Assembly: GCF_009914755.1 (NCBI RefSeq)
Contig: NC_060930.1
DNA from: the human T2T-CHM13v2.0 reference genome, Homo sapiens
Reading direction: 5' to 3' (one strand)
Length of the DNA stretch: 64,000 bases
The notes beneath the pieces are model-generated. The model did no database searches, was not told the DNA's origin, and saw only the letters and a program-made list of their open reading frames with translations. This document shows, piece by piece, positions 56,421 to 64,000 of this stretch (positions are counted from its first letter, which is position 1; each line of letters opens with the position of its first letter). The position numbers were made by a program, and so were the translations under genes.

Positions 56421-56878
56421 CAGGAAATGCAATCAACACCCTGGAGTAGGAATCCTTTTCTCTCTGGGACAAGAAAGAAGGAGAAGAAGGAGGAGAGAGA
56501 AGATGGAATATGATGAGCTCTCACCAAAAAGCCTGGGTCTCAGTGTTCTGCTAGATAAGAACATCTGCCAAAAGGGAGAAGGGTAAGGGAGAATGGCAAA
56601 CATTTGAAATAATCATCACCAGGTTTTTGAGAGCAGTTGTTCCTGCTTGAGTCAGACAGTGTAGAGTTGAGATTCACACATATTTGATCCATAGACCTAA
56701 GGAAGAGGGCAGAGGGAACTAAGGAGATAGATGTCTGCACAAATAAAGCCAAGGACAGGAGATGCAGACTGTGTTCCCAGAACTTTATACACAGAGTTAT
56801 TGGAGTCAGAGTGTGCAAAATGATTTTGATAAAAGTATGTTGATCTGGGGACCTGTAAGAAGCGCCCTTCCTCTTTTT

Positions 56879-57040
56879 TAAACTCATTATTTCTTGTGGC
56901 AAAGAGGGCTATCTGTCCACCAGCAATCCGTTCACTGCTTCTACAGTACAGAGTGATTCCTGAGAAGTGGCTGTCCAAACAAGGATTACATTTCCCAGTT
57001 GCCTTTGTTTCTAGACAGAGAAACATGACTAGTCCTCACC
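56879..57040 (+). repeat. Direct repeat copy of 58578-58725 (LTR start plus its flank)
   Basis: AAACTCA...CTGTCCACCA...AAGTGGCTG.CCAAACAAGGATTA.ATTTCCCAGTT...GTTTCTAGA...CTAGTCCTCACC in both; about 85% identity plus a 12-bp indel. Confidence 0.9.
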
Positions 57041-57061
57041 TCTGTATACACTTGTGCACTC

Positions 57062-57534
57062 CTTCCTCCTCAAGGATATCATGTCATCAGTAATCTCTTT
57101 TCTTTGTTGTTATATTGCATTTGCAATCTATTTTTCACACATACACAAATATTTGAGTCCCCTGTATCTTTAAATGTTTTCTTAACACTGCTACTTGAGC
57201 TACTCTTGCGTCTTTCCCTTTCTCCTCTCCTTTTTTCCCCTTCTTTTCTCTTCAAACTTCTCTTCAATACTTGCATTTCTGTCTTCTCTTCTGTAACTGC
57301 CCCCACTTTGCAACCTGACTTCCAACCTCCATTGTATCACTGGTAAACTCTAAAGGCATCTTCCTTATCTCTTTCACAGGCTCTTTTGTTTCTTCTGCCC
57401 CTTAATATAAGTATCCCCCTAGGATCTATCTAAGGCTTTTCCTTCTAGAGATACTTTCTATCTTTAATACTCACTTTTATCCTTGGGCTTCAGTGATCAC
57501 TTCTATACACATGCACTAGACAAGCAGGAAGATC
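57062..57534 (-). repeat. Inverted repeat, right arm (~470 bp)
   Basis: For example GAAAAGAGATTACTGATGACA (56380) vs TGTCATCAGTAATCTCTTTTC (57082); one ~10-bp indel. Confidence 0.95.
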
Positions 57535-58592
57535 TGTGGAAGTGCAATGAAAGAAATGAGTGTAAGCAAGGAGAAAGATGACGAGATGCCTCCACTCCAG
57601 ACACCATGCTCCCACTACCTAGGTGCTTTCTCACCATGTCTCCATAAACCAGGGTCTTCCCAGTCAGAACATGTGTGCTGGGAAGGTGGAGGGATGACTT
57701 TTGAAGGCCAGAGTGGATGCAAATTAGGAACTGCTAAACCAAGAAACATTTTCTAGATTTAGATATTTTTGAACAACAGTCTATCATAGAACCAAGCACT
57801 GAGTCATTTGACAATGTATTACAGTTTGATAAAAAGGTTAAGTTCTTAAAATATTGTCTGGAAGGAAAAAGAGCATGAGGTGCTTTTTAAAAAAATCTTG
57901 AATGTTTGAGGAGGTTGTGCCAAGTTAGCATTTAAATATATTTCTAAAATGCAGTCCTTAAACAAACTGTTTTAAATATACATCCTGAGACATCACCAGC
58001 CTTGGGTTGTTAAAATTCTTTACAGAACACAACCTCAGAGATGGCAAATATTTGTATGTGTCACCTGAAGTGTTTTAGCCCCATCTAATTTCCTTCTACT
58101 GAAAAAAATGTGTAGCTGGGGGACTTTACTAGTATACTTGGCAACAATAAACATAAATTTTGACTTTCTGTTAAATTAAAAGGGAAAATTTTGACCAGAA
58201 TGATTTCAACTAGGTTGGGTGCCTGCTAAAGCAGAAGGAGACATGTTTCAATCTGAGAGATGCACCTGAAGTCTCCACCATGCAAAGAGGTTTTGGAGAG
58301 AAATAGAAACGTGCTGTGGGAATATGGAAACATTAGGAGCTTTCAAGCATTGGATCTTCATTTTAAAAGTCACATGAAAAGTCTCTTTTGTTTTTTTTCT
58401 CTGCACCTTAAGCTTCCTACAGATAAAGTTCTTTCTGTAGAGAAGAATTCCACATTGCCTCTGGAATCTTGCATGTGCATAAGTGCCTGTGTATGAACAC
58501 AATGTGGCCTCAGGCTGCTTACCTTCCTCCTCTTACCTCGTACCCTTTTGTCCTGTATCCCCTTTTCCTGCCTCATTAAACTCACTCTTCCT

Positions 58593-59036
58593 TGTTGCAG
58601 AGAAAGCTAACTGTCCACCAACAATCTGTTCCCTGCTTTCACAGTACAAAGTGGTTTCTGATAAGTGGCTGCCCAAACAAGGATTATATTTCCCAGTTTC
58701 CCTTGTTTCTAGACTAGTCCTCACCCCCCGGACTAGTGCTGTGTGTCATTTATGTTCAAGGAAATTAAGTCGTTATGCCAGATGAGGGGGTTTGCTTTCT
58801 CCATCTTGTTTTTCTCACTCATTAGCTGCATGTGAACCCTCTGAGGCCCTAGGTGATGGTACAGCCACAAGATGTGAGGAACACAGGACACTAAATTGCC
58901 ATGTGGAAGAAAGCCACTAGCCAACCAAGAACATCCACACTAGGCATTTACATGAGTGAGAAACAAACTTGTATTGTGTTGCAGCACTGAATCTTTGAAA
59001 CCTTTCTGTTATAACAGCATTACCTCAACTAATATA
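58593..59036 (+). mobile_element. MLT1-type MaLR solo LTR
   Basis: GATGGTACAGCCACAAGATG, CATGAGTGAGAAACAAACTTGTATTGTGTT, GTTATAACAGC...ACTAATATA. Confidence 0.72.
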
Positions 59037-59549
59037 CATTAGCAGCTCACTTCTCTTGCCTCTGTTAATGGGTGTTTCTTCTGCTAGGAATGCTATTGCC
59101 CTTTTTCTGTGTGCCAGATAATGTTTTGAGACACAAAGGTGAGCAAAATAGATGCCTATTTTCATGGAGTATGCAATATGATAAACTACAATTTATCCTT
59201 CAAGGGAAAGCTTAACGCTACTTGCCTCCATAATTGTCCCTGACCCTCCCCTCTTCCTGTACCCCTTAAGCAAAGCTAAGCGTTCACTTATTTGTGTTCT
59301 TGTAGAAATCAGAACCAAGAATAAGTTGGTACAACTCCAGGTGATAATCTTGGCAAAAAATCATAGAGGAGACTAAGTCTAGAAACACGAACTTAAAATT
59401 ATTTTGTTTGTACATTTCATCTTCCAGATTATGGGCGCCTACATGTCAGGGACTATGCCTTTTTGGTCTTTGTAATATAGTGCCAGGCTTGATAGAGGCT
59501 AAATAAGTGCAGAATTGAAAAGACCTCCTTTTCACCCACTATTCTTTTT

Positions 59550-59818
59550 CCCAGCTCACTGCAACCTTGACCTGCTGGGCTCAAGTGATGCTCCCACCTT
59601 GGCCTCCCAAGTAGCTAGTACTACAGGTATACAGGTACACACCAGCATGCATGGCTAATTTTTCTTTCTTTCTTTCTTTTTTTTTTTTTTTTTTTTTTTG
59701 GTGGAGACGGGGTTTCACCATGTTGTCCAGCCTGGTCTCAAACTCCCAGGGTCAAGCTATTTGCCTGCCTTGGCCTCCCAAAGCGCTGGGATTACAAGCA
59801 CGAGCCACCAAATCAGGC
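59550..59818 (-). mobile_element. AluJ-like SINE, partial
   Basis: CAGCTCACTGCAACCTTGACCTGCTGGGCTCAAG...CCTCCCAAAGCGCTGGGATTACA. Confidence 0.85.
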
Positions 59819-60726
59819 AAAGAAGGGTTTTATAAAGTGACATTCATTTCTCTTTACTGGTTCTGAGGTACAAATATTGCTGCTACAAAAGCAGCAGGTT
59901 GAAGTTGTGCTGAATGTAGTTCCATTGTTGGAATGCTGCTGAACACACAAACGTTCCGCCCTCTTACATTTCCCAAAGCATAATGACATTTTCCAAACTG
60001 GATATTAGCCAGAACAGTTTCTAGACTCTCATAACCCCCTAGACATGAACAACAGGTACACCGAAAGCATAACAAAGGGGCTAGTGAGGACATGGGAGGG
60101 AGCTGAGAATAGGAAAACTGGGGTTAGCAAGAACCCAGGGGTTCTGGACTGAGCTGAGTCCAGAAGCAGTGAGCACTGGCTTGGTTCCAAGCCAGTGGCA
60201 GTCTCCAAGGATCTGGTCTGACCCTTGGAACAGAATAGTTAGAACCTCCAGCTGATGGTGACACATGTAGCTCAATATTTAGACAACATGGTCCCAGGAG
60301 TACTGGCCATTGGTGTCAGGATGGACTAGAATGTCCAGCAGAACTGGAATCCAAACAAGAGCTGGGGACAATATTGCTGGTCCTGTGCCCTCACAGATCC
60401 CCACTCCCTGCCAGTATCAGTGTTTCTTATTCCTCTCCCTTGTTAACCCTGAATAGTAAGACTAGACTTCTACTTACCTCCCTGCTATGCAATTTTGTCC
60501 AGTATGACATGAAGAAATTTTCTTACCTTGTTTTCTTATTGCCTTTTTATATGACCAAATATTTAGATTGTTAAGTTCTTTCTGCATTTTCCTAGTTGTT
60601 TTAAATCTGTCTTGCCATGATCTTCAACTGCTTTCTTTTTTCCTTCCACTTTGTGCTATGTTCTTTCTGCCTTTGGCATTGCAGCTTCACTACCATTGTC
60701 TCTATCACCATGATCAACAATAAGAC

Positions 60727-60738
60727 GAAAGAAAGAAA

Positions 60739-60790
<52 letters not shown>

Positions 60791-60875
60791 GAAAGAGAGT
60801 GAGAGACAGAGAAAGAAAGTAGAAAGAAAGAAAAAGAACGAAAAAGAAAGAAAGAAAGAAAAGAAAGAAAGAAAG
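60727..60875 (+). repeat. (GAAA)n complex purine microsatellite
   Basis: About 12 uninterrupted GAAA units plus degenerate GA-rich flanks. Confidence 0.95.
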
Positions 60876-61821
60876 TTGTCTAAAGCCATTTTTCATCCTT
60901 CTTATAGAAGAAAACACTGGTTTTGGAATATTCTTTAATTTAAAAGGTTCTTGGTGGAGGAAGAGATTATTAAAATTACCAAGAGAACCTAACATTATTG
61001 AAGGAAAACAGAAGAGAAAAAAATGATCAGCAAGTAACTAAAGCAATAATGCAGCTACAATATACTGCATGCATACAAAGTTCTGGGCACTGTGCATTAG
61101 TACTAATTTGTTCATTCACTTATTCCAAAAACAGCTGAGTCCTAACTCTGTGCCAGCCACTGTAATCACCCATCTCCAGATCTGTTAGCTTTTTTCTCAC
61201 ATTCCGCCTTGACCTTAGCCAGCTCAGCAGTTCTATGAAGTTTTAGAAAAGTCAAGACCATTTGCTTTAAAAGGGAAAGGAAACCTGGTTAATAACCTGC
61301 AGATATGGACCATTCACCTGACTGCCACCTGGGATTGCACGCTGTCCACCTCTCAGTCTCCATGCAGCTAAAACTGAGGGTAAGGCAGCCACTCTATTGC
61401 CAAAGGCAATGATGTGTTTACACTTAGTTCTGCACCATATGATTAGTAAAACAATGAGTGCCCTGTTTATAAATGGATTTTTAACACCTCCCTGGCCTCA
61501 CTGCATTTGTGTAGGTTTTAAGGAAACACAGGCTGAATGTACACAAATTCAGCAAGTTCTCTCCTTTATGGGAGCAGCAGTCATTATGTACCAAAGGAAG
61601 AATCAATAGAACTTAAGATTTAAAACACCATCCATTTACCTTGTGTTTAGACCTTGGCTTTATAAATAGTGTGTTTAAAAGAATGTTCCTGCCTTTCTTT
61701 TTTTTTTTTTTTTTTTTAAGCTCTATAAGGAAATAATGGTTGTGAAAATCAGGTTTTGAGAAGAAAAAATGATTTTCTCAGACTCTCAAAATCATATCTT
61801 CATAGGTTGAGTTGCACAAAA

Positions 61822-64000
<2,179 letters not shown>

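Noticed and set aside
56226-57346. Paired near-identical peptides on opposite strands (possible toxin/antisense or gene pair)
   Set aside because: Direct consequence of the inverted duplication; low-complexity translations with no evidence of coding constraint.
55939-57534. Inverted repeat as terminal repeats of a DNA transposon or foldback element
   Set aside because: No TSD at the outer ends, no transposase remnant, and the spacer contains locally copied sequence.

Overview
This 64-kb window is repeat-dense, AT-rich primate (probably hominid) non-coding DNA, either intergenic or intronic. I found no credible host protein-coding exon or RNA gene; ORFs with recognisable protein content all trace to repeats. 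Main contents: (1) a two-LTR HERV-H provirus (14926-20577, minus strand) with a 5-bp target-site duplication (TSD), tRNA-His primer site and degraded gag/pro/pol; (2) a young L1 with a 5' inversion running off the right edge; (3) two older L1s whose 5' end is fused directly to late ORF2; (4) about 12 Alus, including an AluY nested in an AluS; (5) MaLR/ERV solo LTRs, DNA transposons, MIR/L2 relics and microsatellites. The structure least explained by ordinary repeat insertion is a ~480-bp inverted duplication (55939-56420 / 57062-57534) whose spacer carries a direct copy of sequence from 1.7 kb downstream. I see no evidence of a new protein-coding system. Repeat subfamily names come from recalled consensus sequences; identities are hand counts.
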